A stretch of 64,000 bases of DNA from an uncultured Acidobacteriota bacterium. Lineage in GTDB: Bacteria > Acidobacteriota > Blastocatellia > RBC074. Positions 31,867-43,134 of the stretch are shown in pieces. The notes beneath the pieces were generated by a model, which had not been told where the DNA came from, did not search any database, and was given only the letters and a program-made list of their open reading frames with translations. Location of the stretch: the NCBI GenBank assembly GCA_963796275.1, contig CAWCKY010000006.1, positions 608,001 through 672,000 on the forward strand, given 5' to 3'. The first letter of the stretch is position 1. Every line of letters starts with the position of its first letter. Position numbers and translations under genes: made by a program.

Positions 31867-33261
31867 CACTGGTATCTACACAAGTTTTTGCGTTTGGTTG
31901 CAAAGAGTTATCGCAATCAAACCTACCGAAGAATATGCTCTTTGAATGTTTCTCCTCAAACCTCCATTTGACCCCCGTTTGCAAAGACGGTATGAGAGGC
32001 TGGTGAATGAACATCTCCATACAAGCGAGAATCAAGCTGCTGGATCGCGTGCGCTGCCGAGCGTTAATGAAGCGTTTGCCAGCACGCAAGCGGCCTGGCG
32101 ATTTTATGCCAACCCCAATGTGAAGCTGACGGGGCTGGTCGAACCGTTGGTAGAACAAGCTCGGCGGGAGATGCCGCTTGTCTGTCGACGGTATGGACTG
32201 GCGATCCACGACTGGTCTGATCTGCGCTACGGAACGCACACGAGCAAGAAGGATCGGAAAAAAATCGGCAGCGACTTGGGCTACAAACTGGCGACCACGT
32301 TGCTGCTGAGCGACCAGAGCGGGGCGCCGATAGCGCCGATCAGCCTTGGGCTGTGGGCCAATGATGGATGGCACACAACGCTTGATGAAGAGAGGCACAG
32401 AGATTGGTCGCCCCTGGGATTGGTGAGCCAGACAATGCGGGCTTCGCAGAAGCAAAAACTGTCGTTGCCGCTGGTCCACATCATTGATCGGGAAGGCGAC
32501 TCGATCTTTCACTATCGTCAATGGAATAGTGAAGGCCATCTGTTTGAAGTACGTGCCAACGGGGAACAGAGAGTTGTTTGGCAGGAGCGGACACAACCGT
32601 TGAGCCAGGTCGCAGCACAGGTCGCCTTGCGCGCTAGCCAAGCGGTAGAGATTTCGGCCAATCTCATTGGGCAACTGTTTGTGGGCGAAACCAGCATCGT
32701 CATTGATCGTCCGGCCTTTCCCCGCGCGCGCGACGGGGGCAAGCGTCAATGGATCAAAGGTGAGCCGCTCGAACTGCGCTTGATTGTCTGTCAACTGCGC
32801 TTGCCCGATGAAACGATTGCGGCTGAATGGTACTTGCTCAGTAACGTGCCGGCTGGCATCAGCGCTGAGCAACTGGCCGAATGGTACTACTGGCGCTGGA
32901 GAATTGAATCTTACTTCAAGTTGCTTAAAAGCCATGGTTTCCAAGTCGACCAGTGGCAGCAGGAAACTGCTGAGGCGATTGCCAAACGTTTGTTGGTGGT
33001 GGCCATGGCTTGTGTCGTAGTCTGGCACATCCAACGCGCAACGGATCCGCAGACGGTCACCCTGCGCAATCTCTTGGTGCGATTGAGCGGTCGACAAGTT
33101 CGGCGTGGGCAACCCACTGCACCAGCATTGTTGGCTGGGTTTTGGAGTTTCTTGTCGACACTTGAATTGCTCGAACATTATGACCTCAATGACCTTAAAC
33201 AGATGGCCCGGCTCATTGTGCCAGGCTATTCCTAACCGTCGGAAATGTGTAGATACCAGTG
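31867..33261 (+). mobile_element. IS4-family (IS50/Tn5-like) insertion sequence, 1395 bp, 19-bp IRs, 10-bp target duplication GGTTTTAACC
   Basis: IRL CACTGGTATCTACACAAGT (31867-31885); IRR reverse complement CACTGGTATCTACACATTT (33243-33261); direct repeats 31857-31866 and 33262-33271. Confidence 0.93.
31946..33235 (+). CDS. IS4-family DDE transposase
   Basis: FDPRLQRR, AWRFYAN, IHDWS, IDREGD, YYWRWRIESYFKLLKS (YREK signature). Confidence 0.93.
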   Translation: MFLLKPPFDPRLQRRYERLVNEHLHTSENQAAGSRALPSVNEAFASTQAAWRFYANPNVKLTGLVEPLVEQARREMPLVCRRYGLAIHDWSDLRYGTHTSKKDRKKIGSDLGYKLATTLLLSDQSGAPIAPISLGLWANDGWHTTLDEERHRDWSPLGLVSQTMRASQKQKLSLPLVHIIDREGDSIFHYRQWNSEGHLFEVRANGEQRVVWQERTQPLSQVAAQVALRASQAVEISANLIGQLFVGETSIVIDRPAFPRARDGGKRQWIKGEPLELRLIVCQLRLPDETIAAEWYLLSNVPAGISAEQLAEWYYWRWRIESYFKLLKSHGFQVDQWQQETAEAIAKRLLVVAMACVVVWHIQRATDPQTVTLRNLLVRLSGRQVRRGQPTAPALLAGFWSFLSTLELLEHYDLNDLKQMARLIVPGYS

Positions 33262-33578
33262 GGTTTTAACCCACGGTGGCTTGAAGGATATTCCCGCGTC
33301 GCGTTAGCGACGCCTGAATTCAACCGTCGCTGACGCGACGTGAAAAAATCTATGGCCACCGTGGGTTAAAACATGTTAAAACCCACGGCTACAATCAGCT
33401 GCCGCTAACGCGGCGAAGAAGCTGAGCAGTTAATTTCAGTTTTTAAGTTTTTAGCTGTGTTGATCAGCAACTAAAAATTAAAAATTCAGAAAAAATCTAC
33501 GGCCACCGTGGGTTAAAACCGGGTTAAAACCCACGGCTACAATCAGCTGCCGCTAACGCGGTGAAGAAGCTGAGCAAT
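33262..33578. repeat. REPIN-like nested palindrome (CCGTGGGTT..AACCCACGG family) with duplicated right arm
   Basis: central cgtcgcgttagcgacg...cgtcgctgacgcgacg; right arm complementary to 31811-31866; arm repeated at about 33342-33429 and 33489-33578. Confidence 0.8.
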
Positions 33579-33727
33579 TAATTTCAGTTTTTAGTTTTCA
33601 ATGAGTGATCTCGGTCGACAACTGAAAACTGAGGATTGAAAACCAATTAAGGTGTATAATTGTGACACCCTCTTTGAAAAATAGTTTTCGGGTTTCAACT
33701 GAAAACTGAATACTGAAAACTGAAAAC
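33431..33727. repeat. three inverted pairs of 7-bp repeats (TTTTCAG/AACTGAA family)
   Basis: at about 33431-33487, 33579-33645 and 33682-33727. Confidence 0.65.
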
Positions 33728-33746
33728 GGTTTTCCAAGGAGCCCAT

Positions 33747-34520
33747 ATGAGGAACATAGTTGCCTTCTCACACATTCTCGCCGCTACCTTATTTCTCACC
33801 ATCACGGGAACCGCACAAACTGCAGCAATTGAAGAGACGCCGGTGGAGTGGCGCATCACCGAAAAGGAGGTGGTAGCCGTTCAGACTGAACTGAAGCGCC
33901 GGGGTTACTACAATTCGACTCCCAGCGGCATCCTCGATCGTAGCACACGCGAATCGGTTAGATCCTATCAAACAGACAACGGATTGAAGGTTACCGGGCG
34001 TATAGACCGCAGCACTTACGAAACGCTCAAACTGCCCTATCCGGCAACCGGCGATGAGGGGGACAGCGAACGCCGCAGCGGCGTATTGCCTTCGATCGGT
34101 TACGGAATTAAAGATACGGTCGTCGCCACGGGACAGACACTCGAGAGCGCGGCAACAAAGGTCAAGGTCAAGACCGAGGCCGGTTATGATAAAGCGAAAG
34201 AGGCCGGCGGCGAGGCGGTTTCAAAAACGAAGGGAGTGGCCGAAGGAGTGGGGAGCACGACGACGAAAGGGGTCAGGGCAATCGGCCGCGGAGCGCAAAG
34301 AGCCGGCGATATGATCGTGGGAAGAAGCGATGCCGACATTCAAACCGATGTGCGCGAACTTCTCAAATCCGATTCTGAGACCGAAAAATGGTATTCCGAA
34401 GTTAAATCCGGCATGGTGACTATCAAAACACCTCAACAACACAACGGCAATGTGGGAACGGTCATCTCGGATATTCGCAAGATTGCCGGTGTAAAATCGG
34501 TTTTTGTGATTGCTGAGTAA
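33747..34520 (+). CDS. exported peptidoglycan-binding domain protein
   Basis: signal peptide; VQTELKRRGYY...G.LD...VRSYQ..NGLKVTG (PG_binding_1); A/K/G-rich helical middle; BON-like C-terminus. Confidence 0.8.
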   Translation: MRNIVAFSHILAATLFLTITGTAQTAAIEETPVEWRITEKEVVAVQTELKRRGYYNSTPSGILDRSTRESVRSYQTDNGLKVTGRIDRSTYETLKLPYPATGDEGDSERRSGVLPSIGYGIKDTVVATGQTLESAATKVKVKTEAGYDKAKEAGGEAVSKTKGVAEGVGSTTTKGVRAIGRGAQRAGDMIVGRSDADIQTDVRELLKSDSETEKWYSEVKSGMVTIKTPQQHNGNVGTVISDIRKIAGVKSVFVIAE

Positions 34521-34526
34521 GGAAAG

Positions 34527-34607
34527 TAATGCGAGCGAGAGCGAGCGAATTACCATTTCTGACTTTTTGATAATTTGCTCGCTCGCTACCGCTCACGGTC
34601 CCGATTA
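34527..34607. repeat. REP-like hairpin between convergent genes
   Basis: gcgagcgagagcgagcgaatta ... taatttgctcgctcgctaccgctcacggtcccg. Confidence 0.5.
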
Positions 34608-36404
34608 GACTTTAATGGGTTGATTGGGCAGTTGCGATGGCAGGAGCCCTTGCAAGTTGTTGACCTCGTCTTCGATCTTTTTCAGCTCTTTGGCAATCGC
34701 GTCACATGCCTCGGTGATCTGTTGTGATCTATCCGGGGGAATTTCAGCTATTTCATCGAGACGAAAACTCAGTTTATTGAGGGTCTGGCGCCATATATTG
34801 CGTTTGTCCCTGAACCCGGGTTTGTCGGATGCCTGTAGCTTCTTATTGATCTCGGCGATCTTTTCGCGCAACTGCGCGATCTTTCCATCCTTCTGATTCT
34901 GGTTCTCGATGATCGCCTCTTGTTGCAACGTGTTCTTCTCTTCCTTCTGCTTCAGGTAATTGGTAACACCGATTACCGATCCGGCCATCACAAGCACAAG
35001 CAGCCCGGCTAAAATGTAAGTCCCCTTCCGGGAACCCTTCTTTTCGGCAGGGATGTTGATCGGCAGCTTGGTAATCGAAGGCATATGACCGTAGTTGAGG
35101 GATGACGCGAGGGACGGCATCGCGGTCGCGCCCCCGAGTTGTGGCTGCGATAACGAGATCGGGCCGGTCGAGCGGCTCTCGAGTGGACCCGTATTCTGAA
35201 CCGGCTTTTGAATGCTCGCCATCTCGACTTCATCATCCAATTCTCCCGGTGCAAAAAGAGAACTAACGGGATCACTTTGATCCGGCTGATCGTTTGTATG
35301 AGCATCATCTGTATGAGCATCATCAACCTGGTTATCCGGCTGGTCATCCGAATCTTGATCTTCCATCGACGCTGGCTGCGCAGGCGGTATCGGCGCCATA
35401 TCACTACCAACGTCCTCCCCATCGAGTTCTTCTTTCTGCGGGGCGTTGAGTATTGTGGAGGGGGTTTCGACCGGATCGATCTCTTCGCTCTCGCCCCAAT
35501 CGATTTCGGTTGGAGTATCCGGCAACCGCAGGAGTATCTGTGCTTCGAGGGGATCACCGGTGGGTTGTGGAAGACCGGCACCTGAAAATTGCGCAATGAC
35601 GATCGTTATGTTGTCCTCTCCGCCTCTGTCATTGGCCAGGTCGATCGATTCTTGGCAGGCCGTCTTAAAGTCGCTCGCCTCCTGAACGATGCCTAGAATT
35701 TCGTCCTGATGCATCTTGCCTGAAAGCCCGTCGCTGCACAGAACGAGGGTGTCGAGTTGGCAAAGAGTCAGATGACTGACTTCGACATTGACATTGTTAT
35801 GAGCGCCGAGAGCCTGCAGGATCACATTCCGGTAACTGTGAGTCTCCGCCTCTTCTTCGGTGATCTGACCGGCGTCGATCAATTGCTGAACGAGAGATTG
35901 ATCTTTCGTGATGCGATAGATCTTGTCCTGCCTGATCAGGTAAGCGCGGCTATCTCCGACCTGAGCGAAATATATGCGATTGCCGATGGTGGCGATTGCG
36001 GTGAAGGTAGCCCCTAATCCTTTATGCTCCGGATTGGTCTGGCTTTCGCCATTGATCAGGATGTTGGCTTCTTCGATGGATAGGCGCAGGCGTTCTTCAA
36101 AAGAGATTTTTCCGTGAGTCTCGTGCGCCTGCAATTGAAGCATGCGGTCGCGCACTGTTTCGACGGCCATCCGCGAAGCCACTTCACCGGCTAGCGCGCC
36201 GCCCATCCCATCAGATACGGCAAGCAACGATCCATAGTAACCCTGTGGAAAAGTGAGTAGCTCCTCCGATTCTTCCTCGGTGGCTGTCCAGCTCTTTCCG
36301 GTAGAGAGATCCAGGATCAGAAAATTGTCTTCGTTCCCACTGCGCACCATGCCCACATCTGTCTGAGCATAAAGTGCCAGATTTATCATTTCTTGCTCGG
36401 CCAT
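34605..36404 (-). CDS. PP2C/Stp1 Ser/Thr phosphatase with acidic linker, TM helix and C-terminal coiled coil
   Basis: RSGNED, VSDGMGG, VGDSRAY, LCSDGL, GGEDNIT. Confidence 0.92.
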   Translation of the reverse strand: MAEQEMINLALYAQTDVGMVRSGNEDNFLILDLSTGKSWTATEEESEELLTFPQGYYGSLLAVSDGMGGALAGEVASRMAVETVRDRMLQLQAHETHGKISFEERLRLSIEEANILINGESQTNPEHKGLGATFTAIATIGNRIYFAQVGDSRAYLIRQDKIYRITKDQSLVQQLIDAGQITEEEAETHSYRNVILQALGAHNNVNVEVSHLTLCQLDTLVLCSDGLSGKMHQDEILGIVQEASDFKTACQESIDLANDRGGEDNITIVIAQFSGAGLPQPTGDPLEAQILLRLPDTPTEIDWGESEEIDPVETPSTILNAPQKEELDGEDVGSDMAPIPPAQPASMEDQDSDDQPDNQVDDAHTDDAHTNDQPDQSDPVSSLFAPGELDDEVEMASIQKPVQNTGPLESRSTGPISLSQPQLGGATAMPSLASSLNYGHMPSITKLPINIPAEKKGSRKGTYILAGLLVLVMAGSVIGVTNYLKQKEEKNTLQQEAIIENQNQKDGKIAQLREKIAEINKKLQASDKPGFRDKRNIWRQTLNKLSFRLDEIAEIPPDRSQQITEACDAIAKELKKIEDEVNNLQGLLPSQLPNQPIKV

Positions 36405-36409
36405 AAAAA

Positions 36410-37549
<1,140 letters not shown>

Positions 37550-37656
37550 ATGAAATGTTTAATAACTCTTGAAAATCCCGGTATCTATATCTGATAGCCA
37601 ATGATATTAAATATTTGGGCGTGAAAAAGAAAGCGATAATCGCATGTCGGAAGTGG

Positions 37657-37790
37657 TTCGGTAGTCGGTTATCGGTAGTCGGCGGATGCCTCAAGAATAG
37701 AGTCTGCGATGAGGTTGTCAACGTACCGATACTCATACTATAACAAACAGGCAACCGAGAATCGACAACCGACCACCACCGACTACCGAA
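37657..37790. repeat. inverted pair of 7-bp tandem repeats (TCGGTAG/CAACCGA family)
   Basis: tcggtag tcggtta tcggtag tcggcgg ... caaccga gaatcga caaccga ... ctaccga in the divergent intergenic region. Confidence 0.75.
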
Positions 37791-37794
37791 TTTT

Positions 37795-38559
37795 ATGAGC
37801 TCAAGAATAGTTGCCATCATTCCCGCGCGATATGCCTCAACCAGGTTTCCGGGCAAGCCTCTGGTTGACATCGCGGGCATGCCGATGATTCTGCACGTGG
37901 TGAAGCGCGCGCATCTGGTTCCGGCGATCGATCGCGTGATAGTTGCAACCGATGACCAGCGTGTCTTTGATACTGTGACCGCTGCGGGCGAAGAGGCATT
38001 GATGACATCAGGTGAACACCGTACCGGGACCGACCGCCTCGCCGAAGTCGCGGCGCAGCTCGATGCGGAGATAATCGTCAACGTACAGGGAGACGAGCCG
38101 CTCATCGATCCGGCAACCATCGAATTCGCGCTCTCTCCGCTGCTTGAGGATCCGTCGGTCGTAATGAGCACGACCTGCGAGCCGATTGAATCTTTCGCAG
38201 ACCTGATAAATCCCAGCGTGGTCAAAGTCGTATCTGATCGCGAAGGTTTCGCGGTCTACTTTTCGCGCAGTCCAATCCCTTATCCGCGCAGTGAGGTTCT
38301 CAAATACGGCTCGCTCCAGGAAGCTTTGAATGCCCAACCCGATCTTTTGAAGTTGTTTGCCAAACATACCGGCCTTTATGTTTATCGGCGCGGGTTTTTA
38401 CTGGAGTTTACCCGGCTGTCTCCGACTAGACTCGAGGAGATTGAGGCGCTCGAACAACTGCGTGTGATCGAGAATGGCTATAGGATCAAGGTGATCCGCG
38501 TGAACGAACGGTCGATAGGGGTTGATACTCCTGAAGACCTGGAGCGCATAAGAAGATAA
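37795..38559 (+). CDS. kdsB: 3-deoxy-manno-octulosonate cytidylyltransferase
   Basis: IPARYASTRFPGKPL, GTDR, NVQGDEP, LEQLR, GVDT. Confidence 0.96.
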   Translation: MSSRIVAIIPARYASTRFPGKPLVDIAGMPMILHVVKRAHLVPAIDRVIVATDDQRVFDTVTAAGEEALMTSGEHRTGTDRLAEVAAQLDAEIIVNVQGDEPLIDPATIEFALSPLLEDPSVVMSTTCEPIESFADLINPSVVKVVSDREGFAVYFSRSPIPYPRSEVLKYGSLQEALNAQPDLLKLFAKHTGLYVYRRGFLLEFTRLSPTRLEEIEALEQLRVIENGYRIKVIRVNERSIGVDTPEDLERIRR

Positions 38560-38643
38560 TTGATAATTGATAATTGATAATTCGTTTGAATTGATGCAAC
38601 GGTATTTACGAACTATCAATTATCAATTATCAATTATCAATTA
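38557..38643. repeat. inverted pair of 7-bp tandem repeats (ATTGATA/TATCAAT family)
   Basis: 3x ATTGATA ... 4x TATCAAT; begins with the kdsB stop codon. Confidence 0.9.
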
Positions 38644-38704
38644 AGTCTGATAAACTCCCTCCCGGTAGTAACAACCCTATTCAAACAATCCAAGTCCAGG
38701 AGCA

Positions 38705-39211
38705 ATGATTATGCCCGTCCGAGAAATTCTTCTTCTTGGTAATCCTCTACTCTGGCACCCCTCTCAGAATGTCAACGACATTCGCTCTACCGAGACGCGG
38801 GGGCTCATCGGTGATCTGGCCGAGACGTTGTCGGACTTTCGTCTTCGCCAGGGATTCGGGCGGGCGATTGCCGCGCCTCAAATCGGTGAACATCGCCGCC
38901 TAATCTTTGTCAAGATGTCGGAAAGCGCGCAACCGATGCCCTTCATAAATCCCACTATTCTCCGCGCGAGCCGTGAAATGATGGAGATGTGGGACGATTG
39001 TTTTTCATTTCCCGAGTTGATGGTTCGTGTCAGCCGCCACCTCGAAATCACCGTCCGTTACACCGATGAGTACGGTTCGGAGCAGACGGCCACCTTGCGC
39101 GACGATCTATCGGAACTGCTCCAGCACGAGATCGATCATCTAGACGGAATTCTCGCCACCGACCGGGCGATCAACCCGCGCGGCTTCGCTCTGCGGAGTG
39201 TGGTGAAATAG
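38705..39211 (+). CDS. def: peptide deformylase (variant motifs)
   Basis: GNPLL, GRAIAAPQIG, INP, DDCFS, QHEIDHLDG. Confidence 0.85.
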   Translation: MIMPVREILLLGNPLLWHPSQNVNDIRSTETRGLIGDLAETLSDFRLRQGFGRAIAAPQIGEHRRLIFVKMSESAQPMPFINPTILRASREMMEMWDDCFSFPELMVRVSRHLEITVRYTDEYGSEQTATLRDDLSELLQHEIDHLDGILATDRAINPRGFALRSVVK

Positions 39212-39277
39212 TTTTCAGTTTTCAGTTACCGAACGAGACTGCCCGACTAAAAACTGAAAACTAAAAACTGAAAACTA
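39209..39277. repeat. inverted pair of 7-bp tandem repeats (GTTTTCA/AAACTGA family)
   Basis: spans from the def stop codon to the glnS stop codon. Confidence 0.85.
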
Positions 39278-41005
39278 TTTATGACTTTTTGTGCGCTGTT
39301 CGATCTTGGCCCAGGTATCCCGCAGGCCGATTGTGCGGTTGAACAGCGGCTTACCAGGGGCGGAATCGGGATCTACGTAAAAGTAGCCCATCCGTTCGAA
39401 TTGATAGGCAGTGCCGGGGACTGCATCGCGCAGCGCCGGTTCGACCTGGCAATTCGCCAGCACCTCCAATGAGTTGGGATTCAGATTGGAGGTGAATTCC
39501 TGTCCATCTTCTACCTCCTGCGGATTTTCTTTCGTGAACAGGTTCTCATACAGACGTACCTGCGCTCCCATCGCGTGCGCGGCGGAAACCCAGTGGATAG
39601 TGGCTTTGACCTTGCGCGTGCTGGCCGCGTTGCCGCTGCGGGTTTCGGGGTCGTAGGTGCAATGTAATTCGACGATATTCCCGCCGGCATCCTTGATTAC
39701 GCTTTCGCATTTGATGATGTAACCGTAACGCAACCGAACTTCGCGGCCCGGCGAGAGCCGGTAGAACTGTTTCGGCGGGTCTTCGCGAAAATCGTCCTGT
39801 TCAATGTAAAGAACTTTTGAGAATGGAACTTTGCGGGTGCCGGCACTTGCATCTTCTGGATTGTTGACAGCTTCCATCTCTTCGACCAGATCGTCAGGAT
39901 AGTTCGTCAGCACGACTCGCAGGGGTTTCAGCACAGCCATCACGCGCAGCGCGTGTCTATTCAGGTCTTCACGAACGTAGTATTCGAGTTGCTGGAGCTG
40001 GGTGACGCCGTTTGTTTTGGAAACGCCGAGGCTGGCGCAGAAATTACGAATCGCTTCCGGCGTATAGCCGCGCCTCCGCATACCAGACAGAGTCGGCATG
40101 CGCGGATCGTCCCAACCGTCGACCAGGCCTTCCTGGACTAATCGCAGCAGCTTGCGCTTGCTCGTTACGGTGTAGGTGAGGCTGAGCCGGTCGAACTCAA
40201 ACTGCTGAGAGGGGAAAATACCGAGTTGATCGATGTACCAGTTGTAGAGCGGGCGATGATCCTCAAATTCGAGCGTGCAAATGGAATGCGTCACCTTCTC
40301 GATGGAATCCGATTGCCCGTGGGCGTAATCGTACATCGGGTAGATGCACCATCGGCCTCCCGTGCGATGATGTTCCATCTTGAGAATGCGATACATCACG
40401 GGATCGCGAAAATTCAAGTTAGGTGACGCCATATCGATCTTCGCGCGCAGCGTGTGTGAACCATCGGGGAATTCGCCATCTTTCATGCGCTCGAAGAGGT
40501 CCAGATTCTCTGCCACGGAGCGATTTCGATACGGGCTCTCCTTGCCGGGCTCGGTGAGCGTGCCGCGATATGCGCGCAATTCATCGGCGTTGAGGTCGCA
40601 CACAAAGGCCTTCCCGCTCTTGATCATCTGAACGGCCCACTCATAAAGCTGCTGGAAATAATCGGAAGCGTAATACAATCCGTCCCATTTGAAGCCCAGC
40701 CACTTTATATCCTCCATGATGGATTCGACATACTCGGTCTCCTCTTTGGATGGATTGGTGTCGTCGAAACGCAGATTACACTTGCCGCCAAACTCAGCCG
40801 CCAGCCCGAAGTCTAGGCAGATCGCCTTGGCGTGACCGATATGCAGGTAGCCGTTCGGCTCGGGCGGAAAGCGGGTCTGCACGCGGCCGCCGTGTTTCCC
40901 CTCATTGATGTCTTCGATAATAATGTCGCGAATGAAATTAGACCTGCCCGCCGATTCAACTGACGTGGCGCTCGAGTCAGATTCCAACGAATTCATCTGG
41001 TTCAA
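39275..41005 (-). CDS. glnS: glutamine--tRNA ligase
   Basis: [43 protein letters not shown]. Confidence 0.96.
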   Translation of the reverse strand: MNQMNSLESDSSATSVESAGRSNFIRDIIIEDINEGKHGGRVQTRFPPEPNGYLHIGHAKAICLDFGLAAEFGGKCNLRFDDTNPSKEETEYVESIMEDIKWLGFKWDGLYYASDYFQQLYEWAVQMIKSGKAFVCDLNADELRAYRGTLTEPGKESPYRNRSVAENLDLFERMKDGEFPDGSHTLRAKIDMASPNLNFRDPVMYRILKMEHHRTGGRWCIYPMYDYAHGQSDSIEKVTHSICTLEFEDHRPLYNWYIDQLGIFPSQQFEFDRLSLTYTVTSKRKLLRLVQEGLVDGWDDPRMPTLSGMRRRGYTPEAIRNFCASLGVSKTNGVTQLQQLEYYVREDLNRHALRVMAVLKPLRVVLTNYPDDLVEEMEAVNNPEDASAGTRKVPFSKVLYIEQDDFREDPPKQFYRLSPGREVRLRYGYIIKCESVIKDAGGNIVELHCTYDPETRSGNAASTRKVKATIHWVSAAHAMGAQVRLYENLFTKENPQEVEDGQEFTSNLNPNSLEVLANCQVEPALRDAVPGTAYQFERMGYFYVDPDSAPGKPLFNRTIGLRDTWAKIEQRTKSHK

Positions 41006-41045
41006 TTTTCTCCTTTTGCAAATTTTGACGGTCGGGCGCTGGGCT

Positions 41046-42764
41046 TCATAAAAAGATAGAAAGCCGTTTCTCGATCCGATCCCTTCCCATTACCTGCATG
41101 ACATCCCACAGACCGGGAGCTTGACGGCTGCCGCAGAGGGCGACGCGAAGCACCATTGCCACATCACCGACATGCCCTCTTAATGCGCCTTTCGCTTTCT
41201 TAAAAGCTCCAACGCTGTCTGCAAATCCAATCTCCCTGGCAATTTCCTTATATCTTTCGAACTGGGCATTATTATCATCTTTCTCGTCATAAACTTCGAT
41301 AAATCTTTTGAGCACGGTTTTTATCTCTTCTTGAGTCATATTCTCGGGAAACTCGAATTGGTGTTGCTGTGAGAAGAGCTCGTCGAACATGAACGCGAAT
41401 TGAGGCCGAATATCTTTCCATGTACGTAATCGCTTGGCGGCGGTCTCTCCCGTACGTTCTATATCGAGAGTCCTACGCGTATAATCCGGATATTCCACCA
41501 TAAGACCAGCCAGTTCCGGATCGAACTCTCTCGCCCAGTTTAACGCCTTTCGGTAAACGGCATCGATGTCCATGCGGGAGATTACGTCCTTGCTGATGCT
41601 GGCAATCTTTACGACATCGCTCAGCGCACCATGGGACGCAAGGGAGCTCAGTTTGAACGGGAAATTGCCGTATGGAGCGGCGGGGTTGGCTGCTCTCCAC
41701 GGCTCGAAAGAAGAGTCGAACAGATTCGAAAGATACTCGATAGTAGCCTCTTCGGGAAATCCCATCTCGGCGTAAAAATCGATATTAGCCTCAGGGTCCT
41801 TGCGCTTAGACAGTTTCCTCCTCGATTCGCGTATCACAGCTTCGCCCGATTCATCGATTTCTTTTATTACCTCGATCTTTTCGATGGGCGGAAAGTGACC
41901 GAATGCCGGAGGAGACCAGGAAAACAGATGGAACAACTGAAGGTGGAGCGGCACAGAAGATACCCATTCGTCACCGCGTATTACGTGCGTCGTCCGCATC
42001 AAATGATCGTCAACTACGTGCGCGAGATGGTAGGTGGGAATGCCGTCGGCTTTCAAGAGAGGAATGTCTAGATCGTACTCGGGCATTGAAATAGATCCTT
42101 TGATACAGTCATCCCATACGATCCGGTTATTATAATCGCCGATGGCTCGAAGCCTGATTACGAAGGGTGTTCCGCGGCGCAGCTGCTCCAGCGCCACTTC
42201 GAGAGGGAGATGCCTACATTTAGCCCATTTTCCATAGTATCCGGATCTCACCACCTTTTGTTCCTTCTGAATATTGCGCTGATTTTCGAGGTCTGTTTCC
42301 GTGCAAAAACAAGGATAGGCGTGCCCACGCCGCATTAAGTCAGCGGCAAAGGTATGGTAAATCTTCACGCGGTTAGTCTGTATATAAGAACCGTAATTGC
42401 CTCGTTCGATCACTGACCCCTCTTCAACCCCGATCACTCCTTCGTCGGGTGGAAGGCCGAATCGATTTAGCCCATTAATTATCGTTCTAATCGCACCTTC
42501 TTGAGAGCGCTTGGTATCTGTATCTTCAATACGTAGAAAAAATACGCCCCCACTTTGTTCAGCCACCTTTTTATTGATTAAAGAAGCATAAATCCCTCCT
42601 ATATGCATAAAACCGGTAGGGCTCGGGGCGAACCGGGTAACCATTGCATTAGAGGGAAGATTCCGTGGCGGATGCATATCCTCATATGATTGGGGAGATA
42701 GAAAGATATCGGAGTCAGCAAAGGCCAACTTCACTAATTGATCGCTCATTTCTGGTGAGAGCAC
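41046..42764 (-). CDS. gltX: glutamate--tRNA ligase (long form)
   Basis: [44 protein letters not shown]. Confidence 0.92.
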   Translation of the reverse strand: MLSPEMSDQLVKLAFADSDIFLSPQSYEDMHPPRNLPSNAMVTRFAPSPTGFMHIGGIYASLINKKVAEQSGGVFFLRIEDTDTKRSQEGAIRTIINGLNRFGLPPDEGVIGVEEGSVIERGNYGSYIQTNRVKIYHTFAADLMRRGHAYPCFCTETDLENQRNIQKEQKVVRSGYYGKWAKCRHLPLEVALEQLRRGTPFVIRLRAIGDYNNRIVWDDCIKGSISMPEYDLDIPLLKADGIPTYHLAHVVDDHLMRTTHVIRGDEWVSSVPLHLQLFHLFSWSPPAFGHFPPIEKIEVIKEIDESGEAVIRESRRKLSKRKDPEANIDFYAEMGFPEEATIEYLSNLFDSSFEPWRAANPAAPYGNFPFKLSSLASHGALSDVVKIASISKDVISRMDIDAVYRKALNWAREFDPELAGLMVEYPDYTRRTLDIERTGETAAKRLRTWKDIRPQFAFMFDELFSQQHQFEFPENMTQEEIKTVLKRFIEVYDEKDDNNAQFERYKEIAREIGFADSVGAFKKAKGALRGHVGDVAMVLRVALCGSRQAPGLWDVMQVMGRDRIEKRLSIFL

Positions 42765-43134
42765 GAGGTCGTCCTTTCAGAGGTAGTTTATAAAACCGCT
42801 ATTCTAAGATAATTATCTTGCGGTATTCAATTGTGCGCGTCGATCGACAAGCGCAATCAGGAGCGAGAGTTGGCTGAGTCCCACAACCAACGGGTTATCC
42901 GGCAACGCATGATCCAAGTTGAAAAAATTGTTTTCTGCGACTTATTATTATCAACTTCATCAAAGGGGATCGGTAGTTACAGTTCTGTTGAACACATTAT
43001 TTATCCCAGTCGTAAATCCCAGTCGTAATGCTCTGCGCGCAAGACTTGCGGCATTTTAATTGCCGAATAATCGCCGAGCGGTTAGGTCATTACGGGGATA
43101 GGCAGAAAATTAGGCAGATAAATATAGATCGATA

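Noticed and set aside
31832-33178. 448-aa ORF antisense to the transposase
   Set aside because: Mirror of the transposase frame; no motifs, and it runs out of the IS into REP sequence.
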